Part shown: piece after piece, positions 15,232-25,200 of the stretch
Layout of the letters: each line of letters opens with the position of its first letter
How positions within the stretch are numbered: the stretch's first letter is position 1
From: Bacteroidaceae bacterium
GTDB taxonomy: Bacteria > Bacteroidota > Bacteroidia > Bacteroidales > Barnesiellaceae_A
DNA length: 64,000 bases
Direction: 5' to 3'
NCBI GenBank assembly: GCA_017522135.1
Contig: JAFXAB010000029.1
Location: 3,610-67,609 of the forward strand
Notes under the pieces: model-generated
Database searches by the model: none
What the model was told of the DNA's origin: nothing
What the model saw: the letters and a program-made list of their open reading frames with translations, nothing else
Position numbers and translations under genes: made by a program

Positions 15232-18200
15232 TTATTTGATTACAACTTTGTGAGCAGTATCACCTATTACAACGATATATACACCTTGTTGCAGCATCGA
15301 TATCTCATTGCGACCGGCTTGCAACTCTACGCTTCGTGTTACACCGCTGGTGGTAGTTATATATGCAACTCGATTGCAAGTCGATTCCACAACAATTGCA
15401 TCACCTGCACTATATACTCTATCTATGGTATATATACGTTTTACATCGGTTGTATTATTTACGTTGCATGAAGAATTGTCAAGGTTGTGAATGGTGATAT
15501 TGCGTGTTGCAAACACAGCATTGTTTATCTCCACAACTCCGTTTTTAAATTTATTTTCGGCTACAACATCTATTGCAAGCAATACCCCGGTATTGTCAGC
15601 TATGGCTGCATTGTCGATAGCAAATGCTGCAATGCGCAACGAACCATCGGCTTGCTCTTTCCACATTACATGGTGGGTCGATGCGAGTCTGTTGCCGAGT
15701 GTTACACCTTGTGCTTTAAGACCTGCGGGCAATATTACATTCATTTGGAACGAAGTATACGGCATATTGTTGTCGAGTACAATTTCTATAGGAGTATTCT
15801 CATCACCACCTACAACGATATCCGATACTTGCAACTTACCCTTATTGCCTTGATAATAGGCAGGAGCCGAAGTACCCTCGTCGCCTAAGATAGTATTGAC
15901 AATACCTACAACGTCGCCCACGTTTATTATACCATCATTGTTCATGTCGGCATTATCCACGCGTTTCATGCCCTCTGTTTCACCCAGTATATAGTTCATG
16001 GTCACAACAGCATCGCTGATATTTACCAACTTGTCATCATTGGCATCACCGGCCAATATATAGTCGGGTTCTTCTTCGCCACTTTCATTGACAAACGATA
16101 CTTTCAGTACAGCGTTCTCGTTTACAGCATCGGTTGTAAATACACCATTTACTACTTGGTTTGTTACATCTTCTTCGCCGTAGTGCACACTACCTATGCT
16201 ATAACCCTCACGAGGCTCTATAAGGAATGTTACAACAGAGTCGGTGGGTACTCGCAAGCTCAGTCCGTCGCCAATGGTAGCATCTATACCGCTTATCTCT
16301 ACAATCTCTTCGTTTTCGGCTGCAGCATAGCGACGTGGTGCGTGATGTTTACCATGATGCTTGTGCCAGTCGCGGTCATACCAGATATGACCGCCGCGAT
16401 GATGTCTCTTGCATCCATGGCCTTCTTTGCAATCGTTACAATCGGCATCTTCCACCTCTACATCAATACTCTTGCGTGTCTCTATAAAGGCACCCCAGTG
16501 AGCCGATATGAGATAATCTACGTGCGATGCTGTAGGATATGAAAGCAAACAATTGTAGTTATCTACATTACTAAAGATTTTATCTCCCGCCTCGGGGGGG
16601 GTGGTTGCATATACCGATATATTGGCAAGCTTTTTACAGTTGGCAAAAGCCGATGAGCCTACCGCTTGCAAAGATGCCGGTAGGTTGAGGGTGGTGATAT
16701 TGCTGCATGACTCAAAGGCACTACTACCAATTGTAGTTAGTTTCTCGCAACCCGACAAGTCTACAAGTGTCATATTCTTACACCCGCTGAATGCCCTATA
16801 TCCTATTGTTTCTATGGTAACTGGGAATGATACATTGCTCAATTGAGCACAATCAGCGAATGTATAACTACCTATCGTTGTCAAGTTCTCAGGTAGTGTA
16901 ATAGACTTTATCTTCTTACAATTACTAAAAGCCGATTGACCTATCGATCCCACACTATTAGGCAATACAACGTCTTGCGCCATATTGCAATCCATGAAGG
17001 CCTCATATCCTATGGACACGAGTCCATCGGGAAATGCAATGCTGTCGCTCAACAATACACAACCGGCAAAAGCTCTATCGCCTATCACCTTACATTGTGT
17101 AGGCAGTACAACACTTTTCAGAGCTCTTTTATTACTGAATGCATCGGTGGGTATTTCATCACATTCGGCATCGCTGAGGTCTATCGAGTAGCACGATGTC
17201 ATGTTGTTTCTCATTACCGAGAAGTCGGTAAGGTTTATTTTGCCATGCACCTTCAGTATAGTAACATTCTTAAGTGCAATACCCTGATTGTCAACATCTA
17301 CAGCCAGGTATCCGGGTTTCGACACGGTTACCTCTACGGCATTGGCCGGATTGATGTCGATAATGTTGTATTCACTCCAATACTCGGCTGCTCGATAAGC
17401 AGCACCACAACCCGAGGGCACGAATATGCACACATCCTCACCAAAGTCGGCACCCGGAAGTTTAGGCGGTACAGTTGCAAGGCATTCAATACTCAATATC
17501 GGACATTGCAAGAAGGTGTTGTTGCCTATCTCGGCAACACTACTGCCGATGGTAACCTTTTGCAATTGATAGCAACACTGAAACACACTTTCTCCTATCG
17601 AAGTGACACTGTTTCCTATAGCAACTTCTGTTAAGCCGGTGCAATCTGAGAAAGCGTGATTACCTATCGAGGTAACACCCTCAGGTATACTAACACTTGT
17701 CAACCCGGTGCAATTATAAAAAGCTTGATCACCTATCGATGTAACACTATTGGGGATAGAAACAGAAGTCAATCCGGTGCAATTATTAAAAGCGTTATCA
17801 CCTATCGAAGTGACACTGTTTCCTATAGCAACTTCTGTTAAGCTGGTGCAAGATAAGAAAGCTCCACTACCTATCGAGGTAACACCCTCAGGTATACTAA
17901 CACTTGTCAACCCGGTGCAATTATCAAAAGCGTATTCACCTATCGAGGTAACACCCTCAGGTATACTAACACTTGTCAACTCGGTGCAATTTGAGAAAGC
18001 ACTACTACCTATCGAGGTAACACCCTCAGATATACTAACACTTGTCAATCCGGTGCAATTTGAGAAAGCGTAATCACCTATCGAAGTTACGCTGTTAGGG
18101 ATAGAAACAGAATTGATACTTTCGCAATTTTTGAATGCATTTTTAGCTATTGATGTAATACTGTCGGGAATAATTAAGTTTATAACCAACTCGTTATTTA

Positions 18201-19179
18201 AATAGAGATTAACCGATGTTGCGCGAGGAAGTTCTGACCATATATCGTTGCAAATAGTAGCTATATTATCTACATAAATATTGCTTATTTTACCATCTGG
18301 AAAAGCGTAATCACCTATCGATGTAACACTATTGGGGATGGTAATTTCAGTCAGTCCTGAGCAACCTTCAAAAGCACAACTCCCTATCGAAGTTACGCTG
18401 TTAGGGATATTGACAGAAGTCAGTCCTGAGCAACTACGGAAAGCACTACTACCTATCGATGTAACACTATTGGGGATGGTAATTTCAGTCAGTCCTGAGC
18501 AACTACGGAAAGCACTACTACCTATCGATGTAACACTATTGGGGATGGTAATTTCAGTCAGTCCTGAGCAACCATAGAAAGCAGACTCACCTATCGATGT
18601 AACACTATTGGGGATAGAAACAGAAGTCAACCCGGTGCAATTATAAAAAGCTTCATAAGCTATCGTGGTAACACCCTCTGGTATACTAACACTTGTCAAT
18701 CCGGTGCAATTATAAAAAGCGTAATTACCTATCCAAGTGACACTGTTTCCTATAGCAACTTCTGTTAAGCCGATACAACCATCAAAAGCTCTATTACCTA
18801 TCGTTAATACACTATTGGGGATAGTGACCGATGTCAACCCGGTGCAATTATAAAAAGCGTAATCACCTATCGATGTAACACCCTCAGGTATACTAACACT
18901 TGTCAACCCGGTGCAATTATAAAAAGCTTGATAACCTATCGAAGTGACACTATAAGTAACTCCTTCATAAGTAACACTCTCAGGTATTACAACCGAACCA
19001 GTGTACATATTTTTTGCGGGCACATTAGAATAATCCTCACCATAATAAATTACTGCAACTCTATTTTTGGCTGTAATTTGATAATAAATACCATCGACTT
19101 CGAAGTCGTGGGCATAGACACCGATACTGCACAACAGGCATGCTATTGCAAGCAGTGATTTTAATAATTTCGTTTTCAT
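15232..19179 (-). CDS. Giant BspA-type LRR surface protein with His-rich segment, dockerin-like module, cohesin-like module and T9SS C-terminal sorting domain
   Basis: 1315 aa with a signal peptide and more than 20 23-aa LRRs (IPNSVTSIGSSAFRSCSGLTEIT...). The His/Cys-rich stretch is CKEGHGCKRHHRGGHIWYDRDWHKHHGKHH. The dockerin-like duplicated Ca-loop/helix is GDANDDKLVNISDAVVTMNYILG...ADMNNDGIINVGDVVGIVNTILG. The cohesin-like module is LQVSDIVVGGDENTPIEIVLDNNMPYTSFQMNVILPAGL.... The CTD tail is ...GVYIVVIGDTAHKVVIK. The stop codon is 12 nt upstream of the next gene. Confidence 0.85.
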   Translation of the reverse strand: MKTKLLKSLLAIACLLCSIGVYAHDFEVDGIYYQITAKNRVAVIYYGEDYSNVPAKNMYTGSVVIPESVTYEGVTYSVTSIGYQAFYNCTGLTSVSIPEGVTSIGDYAFYNCTGLTSVTIPNSVLTIGNRAFDGCIGLTEVAIGNSVTWIGNYAFYNCTGLTSVSIPEGVTTIAYEAFYNCTGLTSVSIPNSVTSIGESAFYGCSGLTEITIPNSVTSIGSSAFRSCSGLTEITIPNSVTSIGSSAFRSCSGLTSVNIPNSVTSIGSCAFEGCSGLTEITIPNSVTSIGDYAFPDGKISNIYVDNIATICNDIWSELPRATSVNLYLNNELVINLIIPDSITSIAKNAFKNCESINSVSIPNSVTSIGDYAFSNCTGLTSVSISEGVTSIGSSAFSNCTELTSVSIPEGVTSIGEYAFDNCTGLTSVSIPEGVTSIGSGAFLSCTSLTEVAIGNSVTSIGDNAFNNCTGLTSVSIPNSVTSIGDQAFYNCTGLTSVSIPEGVTSIGNHAFSDCTGLTEVAIGNSVTSIGESVFQCCYQLQKVTIGSSVAEIGNNTFLQCPILSIECLATVPPKLPGADFGEDVCIFVPSGCGAAYRAAEYWSEYNIIDINPANAVEVTVSKPGYLAVDVDNQGIALKNVTILKVHGKINLTDFSVMRNNMTSCYSIDLSDAECDEIPTDAFSNKRALKSVVLPTQCKVIGDRAFAGCVLLSDSIAFPDGLVSIGYEAFMDCNMAQDVVLPNSVGSIGQSAFSNCKKIKSITLPENLTTIGSYTFADCAQLSNVSFPVTIETIGYRAFSGCKNMTLVDLSGCEKLTTIGSSAFESCSNITTLNLPASLQAVGSSAFANCKKLANISVYATTPPEAGDKIFSNVDNYNCLLSYPTASHVDYLISAHWGAFIETRKSIDVEVEDADCNDCKEGHGCKRHHRGGHIWYDRDWHKHHGKHHAPRRYAAAENEEIVEISGIDATIGDGLSLRVPTDSVVTFLIEPREGYSIGSVHYGEEDVTNQVVNGVFTTDAVNENAVLKVSFVNESGEEEPDYILAGDANDDKLVNISDAVVTMNYILGETEGMKRVDNADMNNDGIINVGDVVGIVNTILGDEGTSAPAYYQGNKGKLQVSDIVVGGDENTPIEIVLDNNMPYTSFQMNVILPAGLKAQGVTLGNRLASTHHVMWKEQADGSLRIAAFAIDNAAIADNTGVLLAIDVVAENKFKNGVVEINNAVFATRNITIHNLDNSSCNVNNTTDVKRIYTIDRVYSAGDAIVVESTCNRVAYITTTSGVTRSVELQAGRNEISMLQQGVYIVVIGDTAHKVVIK
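17547..19002 (-). repeat. In-frame 69-bp tandem repeat array encoding the LRRs
   Basis: The 69-nt period is visible throughout. Units 18421-18489 and 18490-18558 are identical at every base, and neighbouring units (18352-18420, 18559-18627) are diverged copies. Confidence 0.85.
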
Positions 19180-19585
19180 CTTTATTGGGTATTAGAGTGT
19201 TTAACAATTGCAATGTTTCTTGTGTCCTCCCAATCTCCCAACTTGGACAATTGTTATATATAATGTATATGTCGCTCGGTTTTGCTTGCGACAGGATATA
19301 AAAAAAGGTGTGGAGATTGCACTGTCTCATCTCATTCTCAGGTTTTGGCGAACCCCTATATTAGATAAGACAACAGCCCCACACCGCACTGCTATATAAG
19401 GTTATCGGTATGATAACAACAGTATATTGCCTCGGTGCAGGTGCTATCGTCTATCATCTTCAATATAGATTCAAATCGCCAAATTTGAGAATGGAAGATA
19501 ATATCAATAACACCTAATTTAATAAAGCGCAATGCAGGGACTGTCGCTACAATCCGTCGTAGCATTGAACTACAAAGTTATAAAA
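19180..19585 (-). promoter_or_regulatory. Promoter plus conserved long 5' leader of the giant LRR gene (copy B of the duplicated upstream region)
   Basis: A TAACTTTG box lies on the minus strand at 19573-19580. It shows the same pattern of conserved blocks and variable spacers as 775-1170, including the 87-nt block 19495-19581. Confidence 0.55.
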
Positions 19586-19689
19586 TATATAATAAGAAAA
19601 CCCAAAAAAGTGCAAAAAAATAGATTTACACGTGCTATTGACGTGTTATTGCAAGAATCGCAATACACCTCGTGTGAGGTGGAGGGTGG

Positions 19690-21015
19690 TTATTTCAACC
19701 GTTTCAGTTCTATAATCTGTGATGTATGCTTGGTTATGCGGGCATCGTTGCAGGGGCGTTGGCCTACAATCCACAAGATTTTCTCGCTATCGCACAACAG
19801 TAGGGCTTGCTCTTTCTCTATGAGCGAGTATTTGTGGTCGTTGAAGTAGTCGCTTACTTTCTTGCGACCTTGCATGCCGAAGGGTACAAATGTGTCGCCT
19901 TGTCGCCAGTGGCGCAGTATGAGCGGAAATTTTACTTTGTCGAGGTCAAAGCATGCTGTGTTGCTGTTACGGGCTATTGCATAACCCTCGGCAGGGTGGT
20001 ACGATAGGGTGATGTTGTACTGTGTGTGGCTTTCGCCTTCGCGCCATGTGGCGAGGACCTCTCCTACGGTTGGCTTTGTTGCAGGTGTAATGACAAGCTC
20101 GTCGCGATGGCTTATGATGCGATGGGTGGGTGATATGAATTGTCGGCCCGAGGGGATGCCTGCTGTTGCCATGGCCTCAATCTGTGTGGCATTGAAACCC
20201 AATGGCGATACTATCTCAAACAGCAATGTGGCAGGGGCGGGGGAGGTGTGTAGTTGTGATAGGTCGATGTGTATGTTGTCGCCTTCTTGTCGGCAAGTAC
20301 GATGTTTCCACTCCTCGATACATGTGCGGTAGAATTTTTCGCTGCCACGCAGATAGCCGATAGTACGCTCCATGCAATTGTCAAACGAAGGATTTACTTC
20401 TCGCAACATGGGTATGACCTCAAGACGCAGTTTGTTGCGTGTATAGATGGCCTCCAAATTGGTGCTGTCGGTTACATAATCGAGCTGTTCTTGTGTGAGG
20501 TATTCGACTATCTCATCGCGCGATGCACACAGCAGAGGGCGCACGATGTTACCATTACGGGGTTGCATGCCTGTTAGTCCTGCAAGGCCTGTGCCACGTG
20601 TGAGGTTGAGCAATACGGTCTCGGCGTTGTCGTCGCGATGGTGTGCCACAGCTATGGCTTGAGCATGGTGCTCGATGCGCATCTGCTCGAGCCATGTGTA
20701 GCGCAGTTCGCGTGCCGCCATTTCAATCGATATGCCATGCTCTTGGGCATAAGTCGTTGTGTCGAAGGTTGTTTCGATAAATGTCGATTGTAGCTTTTGG
20801 GCTGTTTGCTTTGCGTGGTTGCGGTCGCGCACACTCTCCTCGCCACGTAGCATGAAGTTGCAATGACACGCTATACAATCATAGCCCAGCTGCGATAGAA
20901 TGGCCAGCAGAGCCACCGAATCGGCGCCTCCGCTAAGCCCTACCACGACACGACAGCCCGGCACGAGCAACCGCTCTCGTGCGATGTAGGATTCTATGCG
21001 ACTTGCCAACTTCAT
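19690..21015 (-). CDS. tilS: tRNA(Ile)-lysidine synthetase
   Basis: 441 aa with the N-terminal PP-loop VVVGLSGGADSVAL and TilS-type central and C-terminal domains. Confidence 0.9.
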   Translation of the reverse strand: MKLASRIESYIARERLLVPGCRVVVGLSGGADSVALLAILSQLGYDCIACHCNFMLRGEESVRDRNHAKQTAQKLQSTFIETTFDTTTYAQEHGISIEMAARELRYTWLEQMRIEHHAQAIAVAHHRDDNAETVLLNLTRGTGLAGLTGMQPRNGNIVRPLLCASRDEIVEYLTQEQLDYVTDSTNLEAIYTRNKLRLEVIPMLREVNPSFDNCMERTIGYLRGSEKFYRTCIEEWKHRTCRQEGDNIHIDLSQLHTSPAPATLLFEIVSPLGFNATQIEAMATAGIPSGRQFISPTHRIISHRDELVITPATKPTVGEVLATWREGESHTQYNITLSYHPAEGYAIARNSNTACFDLDKVKFPLILRHWRQGDTFVPFGMQGRKKVSDYFNDHKYSLIEKEQALLLCDSEKILWIVGQRPCNDARITKHTSQIIELKRLK

Positions 21016-21081
21016 TGTTCAAAGAAAGGATACACCCCTTTCCTCGGGGCATATCCTTCTATCTTGTTTACTTGGTTTATC

Positions 21082-22068
21082 TTATTTAGCTGCTTCCCAA
21101 CCCAAGGCACTTGCACCGAGTACGGCAGCATCGGCCTCTTTGAGTTGTGAGAAGATTACCTCGGTCTTGCCACGGAAGTTTTTCAAGATGTGACGATCGA
21201 GGCTCTCGCGGATGGGGCGCATAATCAAGTCGCCCGATTTGGTAAGACCACCGAAGAGGATAATGGCTTTGGGGCTTGAGAAGGCGATAAAGTCGGCAAA
21301 TGCTTCGCCCAATATCTCACCGGTAAAGTTAAATACCTCGCGAGCCAAGTTGTCGCCTGCCATGGCGGCATCGTAAACATCCTTCGATGTAATGGTGTCG
21401 ATGGGCATATTGCGCAACAATGAAGCCTCGGTGCGAGTCTCTAAGTATTCGCGTGCTGTGCGAGCCACACCTGTTGCCGATGCGTATGCCTCAAGGCAAC
21501 CATTGCGACCGCAACCGCATATACGACCATTCTCGCGACGCATTGTCACGTGACCCAATTCGCCGGCAAAGCCGTCATGTCCGTATAGCAATTGTCCGTT
21601 TACCACGATACCGCTACCTACACCTGTACCCAATGTTATCATGATAAAGTCCTTCATGCCACGAGCTGCACCGTAAGTCATCTCACCGATAGCGGCGGCA
21701 TTGGCATCATTGGTAATAGCAACAGGTACACCAAACTTCTCTTTAAGAATTGCTGCGAAAGGTATTACCTCAAGTCGCTCGCCATTTTCGGTCCAATAGA
21801 GGTTGGCAGGTTTCTCTATATTGCCTGTGTAGTAGCATGCGTTGGGCGCACCTACACCTATACCGGCTATCTTGCCCTCGTAACCTTCATTTTTTATAAG
21901 AGTACTCAGTGCTGTGTAGAGTTGGTCGATATACTCTTTCAACTCGGCTTTGGCAGGTGTCTTGATAGAACTGCTTGCAAGCACATTGCCGGTGGCATCT
22001 ACAATGCCGAATACTGTATTGGTACCGCCTATATCGATACCTACTACATATTGTTTAGTCTCTGACAT
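21082..22068 (-). CDS. ROK-family glucokinase
   Basis: It carries VGIDIGGTNTV (ATP-binding), the ROK signature and the zinc motif CGCGRNGCLE. I set the start at ATG 22068 (MSETKQYVV) because a TATATTTG box overlaps the longer ORF start at 22107. Confidence 0.85.
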   Translation of the reverse strand: MSETKQYVVGIDIGGTNTVFGIVDATGNVLASSSIKTPAKAELKEYIDQLYTALSTLIKNEGYEGKIAGIGVGAPNACYYTGNIEKPANLYWTENGERLEVIPFAAILKEKFGVPVAITNDANAAAIGEMTYGAARGMKDFIMITLGTGVGSGIVVNGQLLYGHDGFAGELGHVTMRRENGRICGCGRNGCLEAYASATGVARTAREYLETRTEASLLRNMPIDTITSKDVYDAAMAGDNLAREVFNFTGEILGEAFADFIAFSSPKAIILFGGLTKSGDLIMRPIRESLDRHILKNFRGKTEVIFSQLKEADAAVLGASALGWEAAK

Positions 22069-22144
22069 GATGTATAGTATTTGAGGTTTGTATTCTATAA
22101 TGCGCAAATATAATGAAAAATTCAGTCCGCAACTTCTTTTTGAT

Positions 22145-22181
22145 ATAAAAATGGGTGGTCGATTTTATTCAACCACCCATT
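22145..22181 (-). terminator. Intrinsic terminator after the 22205..25216 gene
   Basis: A 10-bp stem AATGGGTGGT (22150-22159) / ACCACCCATT (22172-22181) is followed by a U-rich tail on the minus strand. Confidence 0.75.
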
Positions 22182-22204
22182 GTTGTTATTGATTGCTCAA
22201 CAAA

Positions 22205-25200
22205 TTATCTTACGTGTACTTTAGTCACGTTGTTTTGGTATACTACAACGTAGATACCGGGAGCTACATTCTCACGGCCTGTTTCGATACCTTGTACGTT
22301 GTATATCTTGACATCGGCAGGAGCAATGATGTTGTGGTTTATTACATAGATTACAACATCATTCTCGATGCTTTCTACAGCAGAGAGACTAAGGCCGTAA
22401 CCAAATTCAAACTCGGCATTAACCATTCCGTATGTAAAGTCTGAAGCAAATGCTGTCTCATCACCAAATGTGCCGGCAGGAACTACAAAGCGGTAATCGC
22501 CCAATTTCGAGTCTTCATTCCACTCCATTGAGAATGACCACTTGCTGTTGTCATTCTCATCAGCAATGAGGGTTACATTATATTTAGTACCATCTCCAAC
22601 ATACTCTGCATAAGCCATATTCTCGGTGTCTTGTGCATATACATTGCGATCGAATGTAAACGCTAACTTAATAACATCCATGTCTTTGGTGTTTATTATA
22701 GTACCGTCAGGCAATTCGGGAGTAGGCGCGGGAAGGTCGTATGTGAGTTCGGCTGCGGTATAGTCGGCTGTTATTGATGTGAGGTAGCTCGACTCCGAAC
22801 CGTTGTACAACGACATTACAGTAAATGTAAATCGACCACTGGGGATATTCTCAATCTTTATCGAAGTCTCCTCGGTGTCGGCATAGGGTATGTTGTTGAC
22901 AAATATTCTATAGCCGGTGGGTATCATGTTGGGGTTGGTAGGAAGACTCCATGAGAGGATGCTGCCGTCAAATGCAATGTTTGTGGGAGCTTTGATGCGA
23001 CCATACTCTTTCGAGGCTACGTAAGTTGTAGTCTCTACGAGCGATTTATTGCCTGTCTCGCTTACCAATGACACAGTTTGTGATGTGACGAGTTGTGTTT
23101 GATGATTGGTGGTTTGTTCCATTGTTTCAATCTTTATAAACTCGCCGTTCTCATATCTGTAAGTGTCTTTAGAAGTGAGTGCTTGTGACAACAAGTAGCC
23201 ATAATCTTTATTGAATGTAGCGTAGTAGTGATATTCGACAAGGCCGGTTATTGTTGTCATGTCGGCGGCATACAATGTGTCGGTGGCAAATGAGTAGTCG
23301 TTGGCTGCATAGTGCTTGATGTATGATGTCAACACTTCCTCGCCATTTTCGTACTTATAGTTCGATGTGCTCACCAATACTACGCGATAGCCGGTCTCCA
23401 TAGTACAGATGCTATGTTGTTTTACCTTTTCGGTTGCAATATAGCTGTCGCTTTCGGCATCATATACTTTGGTTGTTGTATAGTTGTAGATGGTTTCACC
23501 CACATCAAATGTTTCATATTCTCTTTCTTTGATGCTGTACTTTTCCCATTGCATAGTCTCGGCGTTCCATTTCTCGGTGTAGTCGGTGCCTTCGATGCTT
23601 GTGTGGCGCAATGTGGGCTTGTTGTTAGCATCGTATTCGATTGTCGATTCCAATACCTCTCCTGTAGCATTGGATGTATAGTAGTAGTGCTTGCTGTCGA
23701 GCAATACGCCATTGGCATCAGTGCGTTCTGAACGCTCATTACGCCACTTAACAATGATTTGATCTTCAGTGTCGCGGAGGTCCAATTCAAATGTAAGAGG
23801 TTCCGATTCACCCTCGGTATATACAGCAAACAACTCGACTGTACACAAGTTCTTTTCATTGTCCAAGGTGTTGGGATATAGTTGGCTGAAAGCAATCTTT
23901 TCGGCTTTAGCGTCTGCAGTACCGTTTTTACCACCATTACCACCTGTTACTTTATAGCGATAGCCGGTCAATGTCAGTTCTTCTGAGTATACGGGAGGTG
24001 TGAATGTAAATGCTATGCTCCATCCGTATGCAGTTCCCGAGTACTCTTTCGACTCAATGACGGCATTGGTGGGTGAGGCAAGCACTACCTCGATGGTAAG
24101 TTCGGTTGCATCTGATGTTGTGGCGGCTATAGAGTCGTACAATGCAAATATACGATATTGGTGTGTTCCTTTTACTTGGTTTTCGATAAAGAACGACTCG
24201 GTTGTGTATACGGTATCGAGCAATACGTTGTCGGCAATTACCTGATAGCCTACGAGGTCGTCGGTATTGGCAGGTTTCTCAAGTGTTACAGGCACTTTGG
24301 TGATAGATGTACCCAGCGAGATATTGATGTTTTGAGGCATATAATCACTGCCATATCTGTTGCTTGTGGTATACTCGTCATGCTCGTATATTTCAAACTT
24401 TTCTTTCTCGGTGCTCCATTGGTATATCTCTTTGCGAGAGAGCTTGTTGCTTGTACCTTCATACAGATAGACATACTTCTCTTTGCCTGTCCATCCTGTT
24501 ATACCTTCGTTCTTGCTTATGGTAGCAGTTTCGTTTGTCTCCTCATAGAGGCGACCTTGCTCGTCGTAGGTATAGAGTATGCGGGTAGCACCACTTATCA
24601 TACCGGCCGAGGCACCCGAAGCTCTCACCGATGTATCGCACTCTGCAACGAGGCGACCGGCATTGTCATACACGTATGCCATATTGCCTGTTTTTTGATC
24701 GTTCTTGTTGTATTTGAGGCGATTGGTTACTACTCCGTTATTGTCATATTGATAGACATAGTAGAGTGACAACTCGTTGTTTGAGTTGTATTTCGATTCT
24801 TTTGTCAAGAAGCCGTCGGTGTACTCATAGTTGACGCTTTCGCTTATCTCGCCCGAGTTGTACTTTTCGCTTCGGCTCATTGTACCGTCTTCGTTGTAGC
24901 TATACGCATAGCGAGTATTGCCGTCAATCTTCTCTACAAGAAGGTTCTTCTCATTATATTGATATGAGATATAAGTAGTGGTACGATTGGCATTATATAT
25001 GCGCTTACGCTCCAAGATTTTGTTGCCATTGGCATCATAGAAGTAGTGAATGATGTGCTGGTCGTCATAGCGGAAGTCGCTCTCGGTCATGGCATCATCT
25101 TTCCAGAAGAATGTGTGACGAATTTTCTTTACGTGAGAAACCTGTTCATTATTTCCTTGAGCAAATGCCGACAGTGCAAATATAGCTATCAGCAGTGTAA

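Noticed and set aside
17547-19002. A regular 69-bp periodicity that could be taken for a CRISPR array or non-coding satellite.
   Set aside because: The repeats are in-frame (23 codons) inside a 1315-aa ORF and encode a canonical LRR consensus. There are no unique spacers of constant length, and no cas genes are present.
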